From the NCBI GenBank assembly GCA_902635045.1, contig CACPMT010000003.1, positions 7,128 through 71,127 on the forward strand: 64,000 nt of DNA. Reading direction: 5' to 3'. This document shows, piece after piece, positions 1-10,339 of this stretch (position 1 is the stretch's first letter; each line of letters starts with the position of its first letter). A program made the position numbers and the translations under genes. Source of the stretch: an uncultured SAR86 cluster bacterium. GTDB taxonomy: Bacteria > Pseudomonadota > Gammaproteobacteria > Magnimaribacterales > AG-339-G14. Under the pieces are notes generated by a model, which ran no database searches, was not told the origin of the DNA, and saw only the letters and a list, made by a program, of their open reading frames with translations.

Positions 1-333
1 GCCGCTTCAAGAGAATTTATTTGTATCATTGACGATAGTAAAATTGTAAAAAAATTAGGATCTTTTCCTTTAGCGATTGAAGTTATTCCGTCGGCTAGAA
101 GCTATGTAGCTAGACAAATTGTTGCAATGGGAGGAAAACCAACTTATCGAGTAGGATTTGTTACGGATAATGGAAATCAAATAATAGATGTAATTAACTT
201 GAATTTTGACGTTCCTTACGAAACTGAAATTAGATTGAATAGAATTCCTGGAGTGGTGGATAATGGCATATTTGCTACAAGAACAGCAGATAAAGTTATT
301 AGCGCTAACTCTTCTGAAGCGAGGGCTCTATAA
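1..333 (+). CDS. rpiA: Ribose-5-phosphate isomerase A, 3' part (5' end outside window)
   Basis: Frame 1 is open from base 1: [30 protein letters not shown]...[12 protein letters not shown]...[10 protein letters not shown], the typical RpiA C-terminal half. Confidence 0.93.
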   Translation, partial: AASREFICIIDDSKIVKKLGSFPLAIEVIPSARSYVARQIVAMGGKPTYRVGFVTDNGNQIIDVINLNFDVPYETEIRLNRIPGVVDNGIFATRTADKVISANSSEARAL

Positions 334-888
334 AAGCAATTCTAAATTTTTTATTACTTCTGGGCTACTTGGTTCAACTTTGCTAGAAAAAGTTTTGACT
401 ATTTTTCCTTCTTTCGAAATTAGATATTTAGTGAAGTTCCACGCCGGTTCAGAACCTGATTCTTCCATAATTTGCTTGTAGAAGGAATTAGCTTTGCTTC
501 CTGTAACGCTTGAGGTAGCAAAAAGCGGGAAGGTAACCCCATAATTTGTACTGCAAAATTCTTTCACATCTCCTTCATCGCTGAACTCTTGAAACATAAA
601 ATCTCTTGAAGGAAATCCTAAAATTACAAAATCTCTTTCCGCGTATTCTTTATATAAGGCTTGTAAACTTTCATACTGATAAGTGAAGCCACATCTGCTT
701 GCAACGTTAACTGCTAAAATTACCTTATCTTTATATTTACATAGATTTTCAGTTTTATTTGAATCTAAAACTCTAAGTTCATGATCAAGCAAATTGGGAC
801 AATATTTACTGTTCTCATTGGGGACAGAAAGAACTAAACCAGTAAAAAAAAGAATTAAATTTAAGGTGATGATTTTTATTAATTTCAT
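328..888 (-). CDS. Glutathione peroxidase family protein (Cys-type, N-terminal signal peptide)
   Basis: [17 protein letters not shown] and WNFTKYLI motifs; hydrophobic N-terminus. Confidence 0.92.
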   Translation of the reverse strand: MKLIKIITLNLILFFTGLVLSVPNENSKYCPNLLDHELRVLDSNKTENLCKYKDKVILAVNVASRCGFTYQYESLQALYKEYAERDFVILGFPSRDFMFQEFSDEGDVKEFCSTNYGVTFPLFATSSVTGSKANSFYKQIMEESGSEPAWNFTKYLISKEGKIVKTFSSKVEPSSPEVIKNLELLL

Positions 889-1502
889 AATGTTTTATAT
901 AGTTCCTTATTAGAAAAAATCAATACCTGCGTTCCAACTCTTACCTTATTAAAAATTTCTATAACATCATCATTGAGCATTCTTATGCAACCCAAAGATG
1001 CTGGCTGTCCAATTAAGCCCTCTTCAGCAGTACCGTGGATGTAAATGTATCTAGATTTAGAGTCAACTATACCGCCTCTATTTCGTCCTTTTTCTAGACC
1101 ATCTAGCCATAAAATTCTTGAGGTTATTACATCTTCTGGTATGTCGATTGGGTCTTTTATGATCTGAGCTATTTCATTGGTCCAGATCCTTCCCTTAAAA
1201 ACAGCGCCTTTTGGCATTTTCTTTCCAATTTTTTCAGAAATTACATGAGCACCTAAAGGCGTCTTAAAACTATTTTGTAAATTTCCAATCCCAAATGCAG
1301 AGGAAGAGATGGGGTATTCTTTCTCTTTATTTCGAGTTTTCAAAAAAAGAGTCTGACTATCCAGATTTATCAAAATATGAGTTTTGTTTTTATTTAACTT
1401 ACTAAAATTATTAGGATCAATCATTGAGTATCTTTCAAAATTTGGTGTAATTGTGCAACTTACTAATAAACAAGAAATAATATAAAACTTAATACTTTTC
1501 AT
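885..1502 (-). CDS. L,D-transpeptidase (YkuD family), probable lipoprotein
   Basis: IYIHGT...SLGCIRM catalytic motif; lipobox-like LLVSC. Confidence 0.88.
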   Translation of the reverse strand: MKSIKFYIISCLLVSCTITPNFERYSMIDPNNFSKLNKNKTHILINLDSQTLFLKTRNKEKEYPISSSAFGIGNLQNSFKTPLGAHVISEKIGKKMPKGAVFKGRIWTNEIAQIIKDPIDIPEDVITSRILWLDGLEKGRNRGGIVDSKSRYIYIHGTAEEGLIGQPASLGCIRMLNDDVIEIFNKVRVGTQVLIFSNKELYKTL

Positions 1503-3024
1503 TTTTTAATATTCTATTAAAAAATGAACAGAATATAACAATTAGAATGAAAATGATTGAAGGCCACTTACCAAAAGTTATAAAAGGAGTATGTCCACTT
1601 CGAGAAAATATATTAGCTTCTATTAGTTGAGAGTTCTTTACACTTTGATCTGAGTTATCTAAATCAATTCTTTTTACTACATTGCCAAATTTGTCTATTA
1701 ATGCGCTCACACCAGTGCTTGTACTTCTTACTAAAGGTTTTCTATTTTCCGCTGCTCTATATCTAGCAATCTGCAGGTGCTGATAAGGCCCGATAGTATT
1801 TCCAAACCAATTATCATTACTTGCATTAAATAATAAATTGCTTTGTTCGCCGTGTTTAAGAAAAATATCTTGATAGGCTATTTCATAACATATAGCTGAG
1901 GAAATATTTAGGTTTTTTGATTTAATTAAAACGTTATTATCTGAAGGAACTATATTTGGTCGATTAAAGTTAAAAAAGCTAAAAAAAGAATTAAAAATGG
2001 AAAAAGGAACATATTCTCCAAAAGGTACTAACTTTTGCTTGTCAAATTTACCATTTAATTTTCCTAAAGACATTAAAGAATTATTCACACCATCTGCGCC
2101 ATTATTTTTTGATAAAACGCCAAAGATAGAAGCAAAATTAGACTTAGATATATAAAACTCTAATTCGTTAATTACTTCTGTATATTTTGATTTCAGCCCA
2201 GGCAAAAAAACCTCAGGCCAAAAAACTACTGATAAAATATCTTTGTCTTTAGACTTAGATGAATATTCTTTGTTTTTAGATTTAAATAGATCCACCGATT
2301 CCTTTTCACCCTCAATGCTCCATTTTTCTTCAATGCTTATATTTGGTTGGATAATCACAATATTCACTTTATCTTTTTCGCTAGTCCACTCAACCTTATA
2401 GAATGAAAAAGAGGCAAATAAAAATAGAGAAAAAATAGTTAAGTAGACAAGCGCCATCTTTTTTTGATCAGCAAATATAAAACTTTTAAACATTAGAAAA
2501 GTGAGAGCTGGAAAGAATATTAAAATAAAACTCATTCCAAAAACTCCAAATATTGGAATAAAACCAGAAAAAATAAAATTATCCAAGCTTGTATAGCCTA
2601 GATAAAACCAGGGAAACCCAGAAAATATAAATTCTCTTAGCCATTCCGAGCCAACCCAAACCGCAGGAAATAAAAATAAAATATCAAAATTAGTTTTTGT
2701 TTTGCAATAAGCAAATATCACAAAAAAAAGGCTGTTTAATAAAGCTAAGAAAGCAGACAGACAAATTACTAAAAAGTAAGATAAAAATTTACTCGCTCCC
2801 CCATAAAAATAAATACTATTTTCTATCCATAAAATCCCAAACAGCCATAAACCAAATCCAAAAAACCAACTAAGGCTAAAAGAATTCTTAATATCTTTTT
2901 CTCTAATTAAAAAATAAAAAGAAAGAGGAATAAAAAAGGTTAAAAACCAGAAATTAAAAGGTTCAAAAACTAAAACTAATGATGCGCCTAAAATTAAAGA
3001 ACTGATGTAACTAATTAATTTCAT
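1489..3024 (-). CDS. lnt: Apolipoprotein N-acyltransferase
   Basis: Multiple TM helices; FWPE, KQKLVPFGEY, ICYE and NDNWFG nitrilase-domain motifs. Confidence 0.95.
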   Translation of the reverse strand: MKLISYISSLILGASLVLVFEPFNFWFLTFFIPLSFYFLIREKDIKNSFSLSWFFGFGLWLFGILWIENSIYFYGGASKFLSYFLVICLSAFLALLNSLFFVIFAYCKTKTNFDILFLFPAVWVGSEWLREFIFSGFPWFYLGYTSLDNFIFSGFIPIFGVFGMSFILIFFPALTFLMFKSFIFADQKKMALVYLTIFSLFLFASFSFYKVEWTSEKDKVNIVIIQPNISIEEKWSIEGEKESVDLFKSKNKEYSSKSKDKDILSVVFWPEVFLPGLKSKYTEVINELEFYISKSNFASIFGVLSKNNGADGVNNSLMSLGKLNGKFDKQKLVPFGEYVPFSIFNSFFSFFNFNRPNIVPSDNNVLIKSKNLNISSAICYEIAYQDIFLKHGEQSNLLFNASNDNWFGNTIGPYQHLQIARYRAAENRKPLVRSTSTGVSALIDKFGNVVKRIDLDNSDQSVKNSQLIEANIFSRSGHTPFITFGKWPSIIFILIVIFCSFFNRILKNEKY

Positions 3025-3062
3025 CAATTGATTTTATAGCAATCAATAAGAATCTTTTTTAA

Positions 3063-3680
3063 TTATTTAGAAAGCCAATAATTTATTTTTGAGTCTTCTA
3101 GAATTTTGCAGGTTTCAAAAATTGGCAAGCCCACTACATTTGAATGACTGCCAATTATTTTTTCTACAAAGGTTGCGCCAAATCCTTGAATGCCATAACT
3201 CCCGGCTTTGTCTTTAGGTTCTCCTGTGTCCCAATATTTTGAACATTCATATGCTGTGATTGTTTTCATAAAAACTTTAGTTTCCACAATATTCATATTG
3301 AAATTAACAGTATCAATTTTAGATATATCTAAAATTCCTAGAGAAACACAGGAAATAACTTCGTGAGACTGTCCAGAAAGTTCCAAAAGCATAGAAATAG
3401 CATGATCTTTGTTTTCTGGCTTCCCTAAAATTTTGCCACCAAAACTTACAATTGTATCTGCAGTTAAAACAGGGAGGATTTTTTTTTGATTTTCTTGAAG
3501 GTAAGCAAATGCAGATAATGACTTTTCTTTTGTATTTCTTTCTGCAAAGTCATAAGCTGATTCAGTTTCAAACGGAACAGACTCTTCGTGAGGATAATTC
3601 AGAACTTCAAATTCAACTTCTAACAATTTCAAAATCTCACTACGTCGTGGAGATTTCGAGGCAAGATAAATGCCAGACAC
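3063..3680 (-). CDS. maf: Maf family nucleoside triphosphate pyrophosphatase
   Basis: LASKSPRR, ADTIV, LGKP and DKAGSYGIQG motifs. Confidence 0.93.
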   Translation of the reverse strand: MSGIYLASKSPRRSEILKLLEVEFEVLNYPHEESVPFETESAYDFAERNTKEKSLSAFAYLQENQKKILPVLTADTIVSFGGKILGKPENKDHAISMLLELSGQSHEVISCVSLGILDISKIDTVNFNMNIVETKVFMKTITAYECSKYWDTGEPKDKAGSYGIQGFGATFVEKIIGSHSNVVGLPIFETCKILEDSKINYWLSK

Positions 3681-3681
3681 T

Positions 3682-3837
3682 TTATTTAATTTTTTCTTCT
3701 TTGTAGAGGACGTGTTTCTTTATTTTGGGATCAAATTTTTTGATTTCAATTTTATCAGGCGTACTACTTTTGTTTTTGTCGGTAGTATAAAAATGACCAG
3801 TTCCTGCCGAAGATACTAATTTAATTTTCTCTCTCAT
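3682..3837 (-). CDS. rpmG: 50S ribosomal protein L33 (not in ORF track, 51 aa)
   Basis: Manual translation [51 protein letters not shown]; ATGA overlap with rpmB stop. Confidence 0.97.
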   Translation of the reverse strand: MREKIKLVSSAGTGHFYTTDKNKSSTPDKIEIKKFDPKIKKHVLYKEEKIK

Positions 3838-4070
3838 ATTTTTTCTCCTCTAGCTCTTATATCTTCCAATACTTGGTCAATACCTTTTTTATCTATAATC
3901 CTAAGGCCTTTTGTTGAAATGTTCAGTGTTACATAGCGATTTTCAGATTCTACCCAAAATCTATGTTTGTGAAGATTAGGCATAAATCTTCTACGAGTTT
4001 TATTAACTGCCTTGGAAACATTGTTTCCTGACATTGGAATTTTACCTGTTACTTGACATTGTTTGCTCAT
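3834..4070 (-). CDS. rpmB: 50S ribosomal protein L28
   Basis: [10 protein letters not shown]...GNNVS...TRRRFMPNL; upstream of rpmG. Confidence 0.97.
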   Translation of the reverse strand: MSKQCQVTGKIPMSGNNVSKAVNKTRRRFMPNLHKHRFWVESENRYVTLNISTKGLRIIDKKGIDQVLEDIRARGEKI

Positions 4071-4148
4071 AAAAACCCCTAAAAGATGTTGTTTTATACC
4101 AGAATCTAAACTTCTTTAAAACCTATCTAGAGTATAATTTGGATCTAA

Positions 4149-5345
4149 ATGAAACAATTGGCTAACAAACACATACTTTTATGCGTAACCGGAGGAATTG
4201 CTGCTTATAAAGCTGCAGAGATCATAAGATTATTTAAATCATCTGGATCTAATGTAAGGGTTTTAATGACAAAAGCTGCGCAAGAGTTTATTACGCCTCT
4301 TACCATGCAAGCTTTATCTGGAAATCAAGTTCATGTTGATCTTTTAGACACAGAAGCTGAGGCTGCAATGGGTCATATAGAATTAGCAAAATGGAGTGAC
4401 GCGATTCTCATTGCGCCATGTTCTGCTAATTCAATTTCACGATTGGCTGCTGGCAAGGGAGACGATTTAATGACTGCAGTTTGTTTAGCGGCAGAATGTA
4501 AAATATATTTTGCACCTGCTATGAATCAAGCCATGTGGGCTGATTCAAGAACACAAAAGAATTACCAAATTTTGAAGAAAAATAATTTTATTTCTATTGG
4601 ACCCAATTCTGGTGAACAAGCTTGTGGCGATGAAGGGTATGGCAGAATGTCAGAACCTCAAGAAATTGTCAGTGAAGTAGCCACAAACTTTTCTGAAGGC
4701 TTATTGGCAGGCAAAAAAATACTAATTACAGCAGGTCCGACACGTGAAAAAATTGATCCTGTTAGATACATATCTAATAGAAGCTCAGGGAAAATGGGCT
4801 TTTCAATCGCTGAAGCTGCAAGAGATGAGGGAGGTCTAGTTAGTTTAATTAGCGGTCCAGTAAGTTTAAAAACACCCGATGAAATAAAAAGAATAAATGT
4901 TGAATCTGCAGATGAAATGTTCAATGAAGTTAATAAAATCGTCAACAATTTTGATTTTTTTATTTCGACTGCTGCAGTTGCTGATTTTAGACCTGAAAAA
5001 ATTGAAAATCAGAAAATAAAAAAAGAGAAGAAATCAAATAATCTGAGCATGGAACTAATTGAAAATAAAGATATTTTAAAATCTATTTCTTTAAAAAAAG
5101 AGGACTTGAAGGTAATAGGTTTTGCTGCTGAAACTCAAGATGTCGTAAAAAATGCTAAAAAAAAGCTAAATGAAAAAAAATTGGATTTAATTATTGCAAA
5201 TGATGTTTCTGACTCTTCGATTGGTTTTGACTCGGATGAAAACGAAGTTTTTTTAATTACTAAAAAAATTGAAAAAAAGATTGAAAAAATTTCAAAAAAG
5301 AAATTATCAAGAAGTATTATTGAATTTATAGCAAAATATCTTTAG
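4149..5345 (+). CDS. coaBC: Phosphopantothenoylcysteine decarboxylase/ligase
   Basis: [42 protein letters not shown]. Confidence 0.97.
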   Translation: MKQLANKHILLCVTGGIAAYKAAEIIRLFKSSGSNVRVLMTKAAQEFITPLTMQALSGNQVHVDLLDTEAEAAMGHIELAKWSDAILIAPCSANSISRLAAGKGDDLMTAVCLAAECKIYFAPAMNQAMWADSRTQKNYQILKKNNFISIGPNSGEQACGDEGYGRMSEPQEIVSEVATNFSEGLLAGKKILITAGPTREKIDPVRYISNRSSGKMGFSIAEAARDEGGLVSLISGPVSLKTPDEIKRINVESADEMFNEVNKIVNNFDFFISTAAVADFRPEKIENQKIKKEKKSNNLSMELIENKDILKSISLKKEDLKVIGFAAETQDVVKNAKKKLNEKKLDLIIANDVSDSSIGFDSDENEVFLITKKIEKKIEKISKKKLSRSIIEFIAKYL

Positions 5346-5897
5346 ATGCTCAGGTGGATATTTACAAGGATTATCGGCTTTATTTTGCCAAATATTATTT
5401 CTAATTTTTTAAAGTCAGAAAAAATTTCAGAAAAGATCAATAAAATTAATGTTCAGATCAAGATTATTGATAAAAATTTGGGCGATGATATACCTTTACC
5501 AAAATTTAATACGCAAGGGTCTGCTGCGCTAGATTTGAGAACAAATATAGGCGAGTCAAAAACTATAGAACCAAATGAAACATATTTATTTTCTACTGGA
5601 TTCTCTATTTACATAGGTAATCCTGATTATGCGGCTTTCATTTTACCCAGATCAGGGCTAGGTCATAAAAATGGTATTGTTTTGGGAAATTTAATTGGAT
5701 TGATTGATTCAGATTATCAGGGAGAAATAATGATCTCACTTTGGAATAGATCTAATAATTCTTTTACAATAAACAGAGGAGATAGAATTGCTCAGATGAT
5801 GTTCGTTGAAGTGGCTTCACCGATTTTCAAAATTGTAGATAAATTTGAAGAAACAGAAAGAGGAACCAAGGGATTTGGTTCATCAGGCAAAGATTAG
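5346..5897 (+). CDS. dut: dUTP diphosphatase with N-terminal extension
   Basis: [38 protein letters not shown]; follows coaBC. Confidence 0.96.
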   Translation: MLRWIFTRIIGFILPNIISNFLKSEKISEKINKINVQIKIIDKNLGDDIPLPKFNTQGSAALDLRTNIGESKTIEPNETYLFSTGFSIYIGNPDYAAFILPRSGLGHKNGIVLGNLIGLIDSDYQGEIMISLWNRSNNSFTINRGDRIAQMMFVEVASPIFKIVDKFEETERGTKGFGSSGKD

Positions 5898-5912
5898 ATA
5901 TGGGAGAGAATA

Positions 5913-7475
5913 ATGGATATTAAATTACAAGACTCTTTAGCAGAAAGCTTGAGATGGCGATGCAAAGAATCTGCTAACGAAACAGCAATAAAGTTTTTAG
6001 ACAGACAGCAAACGTATGCGCAATTTGATTCAAACGCGAATCGTGTAGCTCAAGGTTTACTGAGCTTTGAAATAAAACCAAATTCCAGAGTTGCATACTT
6101 AGCAAAAAATACAGATTATTTTTTTGAGATTTTTTATGGTGCTCTTAAATCAAAAGCTGTAGTAGTTGGGGTAAATTGGAGACTCGCTGCAGAAGAAGTT
6201 GCTTATGTACTAGAAGATTCAAAAAGCGAAATTTTATTCGTAAGTTCTGATTTCTTCGAAATAATAGAAGAAATTGAAAATAAATTAACGTTTGTTAAGC
6301 AGATCATTTGTCTTGAAGGAGAAAACAAAAATTGGATGACTTATTCTCTGTGGAAAGATAACAACGATGACATTGACCCCCAACTAACATCAGATGAAGA
6401 TGACGACGTAATTCAGCTTTACACTTCAGGTACAACCGGTCATCCCAAAGGTGTGCAATTAACAAATAAAAACTTCTACGCTGCTACCGACAATACCATT
6501 GGAGTTATCCCTTTCCCTTCAGGTTCGAAAGCCATGGTTTGTATGCCTGTGTATCATGTTGCTGGAACAAATTTTGGAATATGGGGGCTATTACAGGGTT
6601 GCAACAATTTAATAATTCCAGAAGTAGATCCAGGTTTGATTCTCGATTTAGTTGAAAAAGAGAGAATAGAACTTACTTTGTGGGTACCAGCTGTAATACT
6701 TTTTTTGCTTCAGCATCCAAACGCAGAAAAAACTGATTTTAGTTCTTTGAAAGTAGTTGTTTATGGAGCTTCGCCTATTGCAGAAGATACAGTGGTAAAT
6801 GCAATCAATTTAATGAATTGTGGGTTTTATCAAGTTTATGGATTAACAGAAACTTCTGGAGCTATTACTTGCTTGATATCCGAGGATCATGATCCAAAAA
6901 GAAACAAATTAAGGTCTTGTGGTAAGGCTTTGCCTGGGGTTGAGATTAAGGTAATTGACGAAGCTGGAAACGAAGTTGATCAAGGTGAGGTGGGTGAAAT
7001 TATTACAAAATCAGATTTAAATATGAAAGGATATTGGAACAATCTAGAAGCAACTGAAAAGTCTATCCAAGATGGATGGTTTTATTCCGGAGATGCTGGG
7101 TTTTTGGATGAAGAGGGGTTTTTATATATTCACGATAGGGTCAAAGATATGATTGTTTCGGGCGGAGAAAATATTTATCCTGCTGAAGTTGAAAATGCTT
7201 TGATGAGCAATGAAGAAATTCTAGATGCAGCCGTAGTTGGAGTACCAGATGATAAATGGGGAGAATCTACAAAAGCCTTTGTCGTTTTATCTGAAGGAAG
7301 TACTTTAAATTCAGAGGACATTATTTCTTACACGAAATCTAAGATAGCATCCTATAAATGTCCAAAGTCAGTTGAATTCATCGAAATGCTTCCAAGAAAT
7401 CCATCTGGAAAGGTCTTAAGAAGAGAGCTGAGAGCTCCTTATTGGGAAGGAAAAGATAGGGGCGTGTCGGGATAA
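5913..7475 (+). CDS. Long-chain fatty acid--CoA ligase
   Basis: YTSGTTGHPKG AMP-binding loop, YGLTE, SGDAG, GGENIYPAEVE, PRNPSGK. Confidence 0.92.
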   Translation: MDIKLQDSLAESLRWRCKESANETAIKFLDRQQTYAQFDSNANRVAQGLLSFEIKPNSRVAYLAKNTDYFFEIFYGALKSKAVVVGVNWRLAAEEVAYVLEDSKSEILFVSSDFFEIIEEIENKLTFVKQIICLEGENKNWMTYSLWKDNNDDIDPQLTSDEDDDVIQLYTSGTTGHPKGVQLTNKNFYAATDNTIGVIPFPSGSKAMVCMPVYHVAGTNFGIWGLLQGCNNLIIPEVDPGLILDLVEKERIELTLWVPAVILFLLQHPNAEKTDFSSLKVVVYGASPIAEDTVVNAINLMNCGFYQVYGLTETSGAITCLISEDHDPKRNKLRSCGKALPGVEIKVIDEAGNEVDQGEVGEIITKSDLNMKGYWNNLEATEKSIQDGWFYSGDAGFLDEEGFLYIHDRVKDMIVSGGENIYPAEVENALMSNEEILDAAVVGVPDDKWGESTKAFVVLSEGSTLNSEDIISYTKSKIASYKCPKSVEFIEMLPRNPSGKVLRRELRAPYWEGKDRGVSG

Positions 7476-7476
7476 A

Positions 7477-8067
7477 TTAATTTCTAGATTTTAAAGGGTC
7501 TTTATAAAAAGTGTACAAAGATGCAATTATTATTATTGCTATTAATACATAGGTAAAGTACTCAACGAAAACAACACCTAAAAAATAACCCGTTAACACA
7601 TAAAGACTTGCCCAAGCAGGAGAGGCCAAAACTTCTATTGGGAAAAAATATTTTGATTTCATGCCCAATGAACCCGCTATAAAAGGAACGGTACATCTCA
7701 AAGGACCGACAAATCTACCCAGAGCTACACTCAACATTCCTCTTTTCTTCATAAATTTCCTTGCTTGAAAAATATAGTGATGATACTTTTCAGGAATCCA
7801 ATCTTCTACTTTGTTGCCAATAAGTTTTCCAATTAAAAAGCTTATTGTGTCGCCCATTATCATTCCTAAAGAAGCCCAAAAGACTATTACAACAGGATTT
7901 ATGTTGATTGATGCTGCAAGTGCACCTATGCCTGGAATAATAAGAGTTGCTGGCGTAAAAAGACCTAGAATGATTAAAGATTCTACAAATACCAAAAGAA
8001 ACATCATTAAATTGATCCAATTTGGATTTTCTTGTAAAAATTCTAATATAGAACCGAACTCGAACAT
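7477..8067 (-). CDS. DedA family membrane protein
   Basis: ES..GLFTP, GDTISF.IG and GRFVGPLR...PFIAG motifs. Confidence 0.9.
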   Translation of the reverse strand: MFEFGSILEFLQENPNWINLMMFLLVFVESLIILGLFTPATLIIPGIGALAASININPVVIVFWASLGMIMGDTISFLIGKLIGNKVEDWIPEKYHHYIFQARKFMKKRGMLSVALGRFVGPLRCTVPFIAGSLGMKSKYFFPIEVLASPAWASLYVLTGYFLGVVFVEYFTYVLIAIIIIASLYTFYKDPLKSRN

Positions 8068-8112
8068 TAAATTTTGTTTCTAAGATTTATAATAGTTGCA
8101 ATAATACCTTAC

Positions 8113-9375
8113 ATGAAAGATAAAAATAATATTTCTGATTTGAATGCAATTTTAGATAGTGCTCAGGACACAAAAGAAGAACTTAGAAGTGCTTCTAAAG
8201 AACAAAAAGATGAATGTTTAAAAAAAGCTGCAGAAAGCATCGATTCTAATAGAGAAACTCTAAAAGCTGCTAACGAAAAAGATATGGAGGCAGCGAGTAC
8301 TTTAAACTTGCAAGACAGTTTTATTGATAGATTAAAGCTGGATGATAAAAGAATAGACTCAATGATTTCCGGATTAAAAAAAGTTATAGATTTAGATGAT
8401 CCTGTTGGAGAAATGACAGATAAATCTAAATCTCCTTCAGGCTTTTTAGTCAGCAAAATGAGAGTTCCTCTAGGAGTAATTGGAATAATTTATGAATCTA
8501 GACCAAATGTTACTGCCGATGCATCAGCACTATGTTTAAAATCAGGAAATGCATGTATTTTGAGAGGTGGATCAGAAGCATCTGAGACCAATCAGGCAAT
8601 TGAAAAATGTATGATTGATGGACTTGTTGCCGTTGATTTGCCGAGTAAAGCAATACAGTTGCTAAAAAATCAAGATAGAGAGTTAGTAACTCAATTAATA
8701 AAATCCGAAAACCAAGTAGATTTGATAATTCCAAGAGGCGGAAAAAGTTTGATCAAAGTGATAGCTGAGGATTCAATGGTTCCTGTTTTAAAACATTATG
8801 AAGGATTATGTCACGTATTCATTGATGAAGACGCTGACTTAAAAAAGGCTATTGATATTTCTCTGAATGCCAAAGTTTATAGATACGGAATTTGCGGAGC
8901 AATGGAAACTCTTTTAGTAGCCAAATCCATAGCAAATGAATTTTTGCCACTAATCTCAGATGAGTTTAAAAAAAATGAAGTTGAATTAAGAGGGTGTGAA
9001 AAGACTAATGAAATCATAAATATAACCAAAGCAACCGAAGAAGATTGGAAAACTGAATATCTTGAACCGATCCTGTCTATCAAGATAGTAGAAGATATTG
9101 CTGAAGCTATAAATCATATAAATTATTTTGGTTCTGGGCACACGGATTGCATAGTTACCGAAAATGACGCTGCAAAAAAAATATTTTTGACCAATATAGA
9201 TTCTAGTTCCGTGATGCATAATTTACCTACTTGTTTTGCCGATGGTTTTGAGTACGGCTTAGGGGCAGAAGTAGGCATATCGACAGATAAACTTCATGCC
9301 AGGGGACCAGTTGGTTTAGAAGGTCTTACAAGTCAAAAATTTATAGTTGAAGGTTCTGGTCAATTAAGAAAATAA
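8113..9375 (+). CDS. proA: Gamma-glutamyl phosphate reductase
   Basis: VPLGVIGIIYESRPNVT, IPRGG, FADGFEYGLGAEVGIST; ATG 8113 preferred over TTG 8074. Confidence 0.96.
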   Translation: MKDKNNISDLNAILDSAQDTKEELRSASKEQKDECLKKAAESIDSNRETLKAANEKDMEAASTLNLQDSFIDRLKLDDKRIDSMISGLKKVIDLDDPVGEMTDKSKSPSGFLVSKMRVPLGVIGIIYESRPNVTADASALCLKSGNACILRGGSEASETNQAIEKCMIDGLVAVDLPSKAIQLLKNQDRELVTQLIKSENQVDLIIPRGGKSLIKVIAEDSMVPVLKHYEGLCHVFIDEDADLKKAIDISLNAKVYRYGICGAMETLLVAKSIANEFLPLISDEFKKNEVELRGCEKTNEIINITKATEEDWKTEYLEPILSIKIVEDIAEAINHINYFGSGHTDCIVTENDAAKKIFLTNIDSSSVMHNLPTCFADGFEYGLGAEVGISTDKLHARGPVGLEGLTSQKFIVEGSGQLRK

Positions 9376-9382
9376 TATTTAA

Positions 9383-10015
9383 ATGTCTAAAACCATAGGA
9401 ATATTCGGAGGAGCTTTTGATCCCGTTCACATTGGACATACCAAACTAGTTTTAGATATTCAAAATATATTTGATTTTGAGAAAATATTTCTCGTACCAT
9501 CGGGGAATCCAGTCTTCAAAGATTCACATTTTATTGATTCAGAAAAAAGAATTGAAATGCTAAATATTGCTTTTAAAGATATGAAAGACGTGCATATAGA
9601 TAATCGGGAAACTTTGAAAGAGGGAATCTCATTCACTATAGAAACTTTGAGGGAATATCATAGTGAATATGAAAATAAACAACACTTCAGTTTAATTTTA
9701 GGAAATGACGCTTTTGCCTCTTTCAAAAGCTGGAAAAATTGGGGCGAGATACTAAATCTATCTTCTTTGATTGTAATTAGCAGACCAAATTGTGATTTTT
9801 TAGAGGGCTATTTAGACGAATTTAAAAAAAATATTGTTTCTTCTAGCTCTGATTTTTTAAGTGGCCATGGAAAAATTAATTTTGTGGAAACTTCTATGCT
9901 TGATATCTCCTCTAGCGAGATTAGAAAGACAATCAACAATTCAGATTTTAATGAAGATACCTTAGATGGAGATGTTTACGAGTACATTAAAAAAAATTCC
10001 CTTTATAAAAACTAA
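9383..10015 (+). CDS. nadD: Nicotinate-nucleotide adenylyltransferase
   Basis: GGAFDPVHIGH and ISSSEIR motifs; proA-nadD-rsfS synteny. Confidence 0.95.
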   Translation: MSKTIGIFGGAFDPVHIGHTKLVLDIQNIFDFEKIFLVPSGNPVFKDSHFIDSEKRIEMLNIAFKDMKDVHIDNRETLKEGISFTIETLREYHSEYENKQHFSLILGNDAFASFKSWKNWGEILNLSSLIVISRPNCDFLEGYLDEFKKNIVSSSSDFLSGHGKINFVETSMLDISSSEIRKTINNSDFNEDTLDGDVYEYIKKNSLYKN

Positions 10016-10339
10016 ATGGATAAAAAATTAAACAATCTTATAAAAAAGAATTTAGAAGAATTAAAAGCTATCGACACTAAAATTTTAGACCTTTCTCAGA
10101 TCGATGCCTTTACAGATCAACTTATTATAACGACTGGCACTTCTAAACCGCACATAACTGCAATTTCTAAAAAAATTACTGAGGTATTAAAAACGAATCA
10201 AATTAAGGTTTATGGATACGAGGGTAGGGGTTCCAAAGATTGGGTTTTGATAGATTTAGGCGAAGTTGTTTTGAATATTATGTCTTCCTCTGCAAGAGAA
10301 CTATACGATCTAGAAAGTCTGTGGGATCCTAATTTGTGA
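10016..10339 (+). CDS. rsfS: Ribosome silencing factor
   Basis: KAID, EG...DWVLIDLG...YDLESLW. Confidence 0.93.
   Translation: MDKKLNNLIKKNLEELKAIDTKILDLSQIDAFTDQLIITTGTSKPHITAISKKITEVLKTNQIKVYGYEGRGSKDWVLIDLGEVVLNIMSSSARELYDLESLWDPNL

Noticed and set aside
328-888. Selenocysteine glutathione peroxidase
   Set aside because: The active-site codon is TGT (Cys), not TGA.
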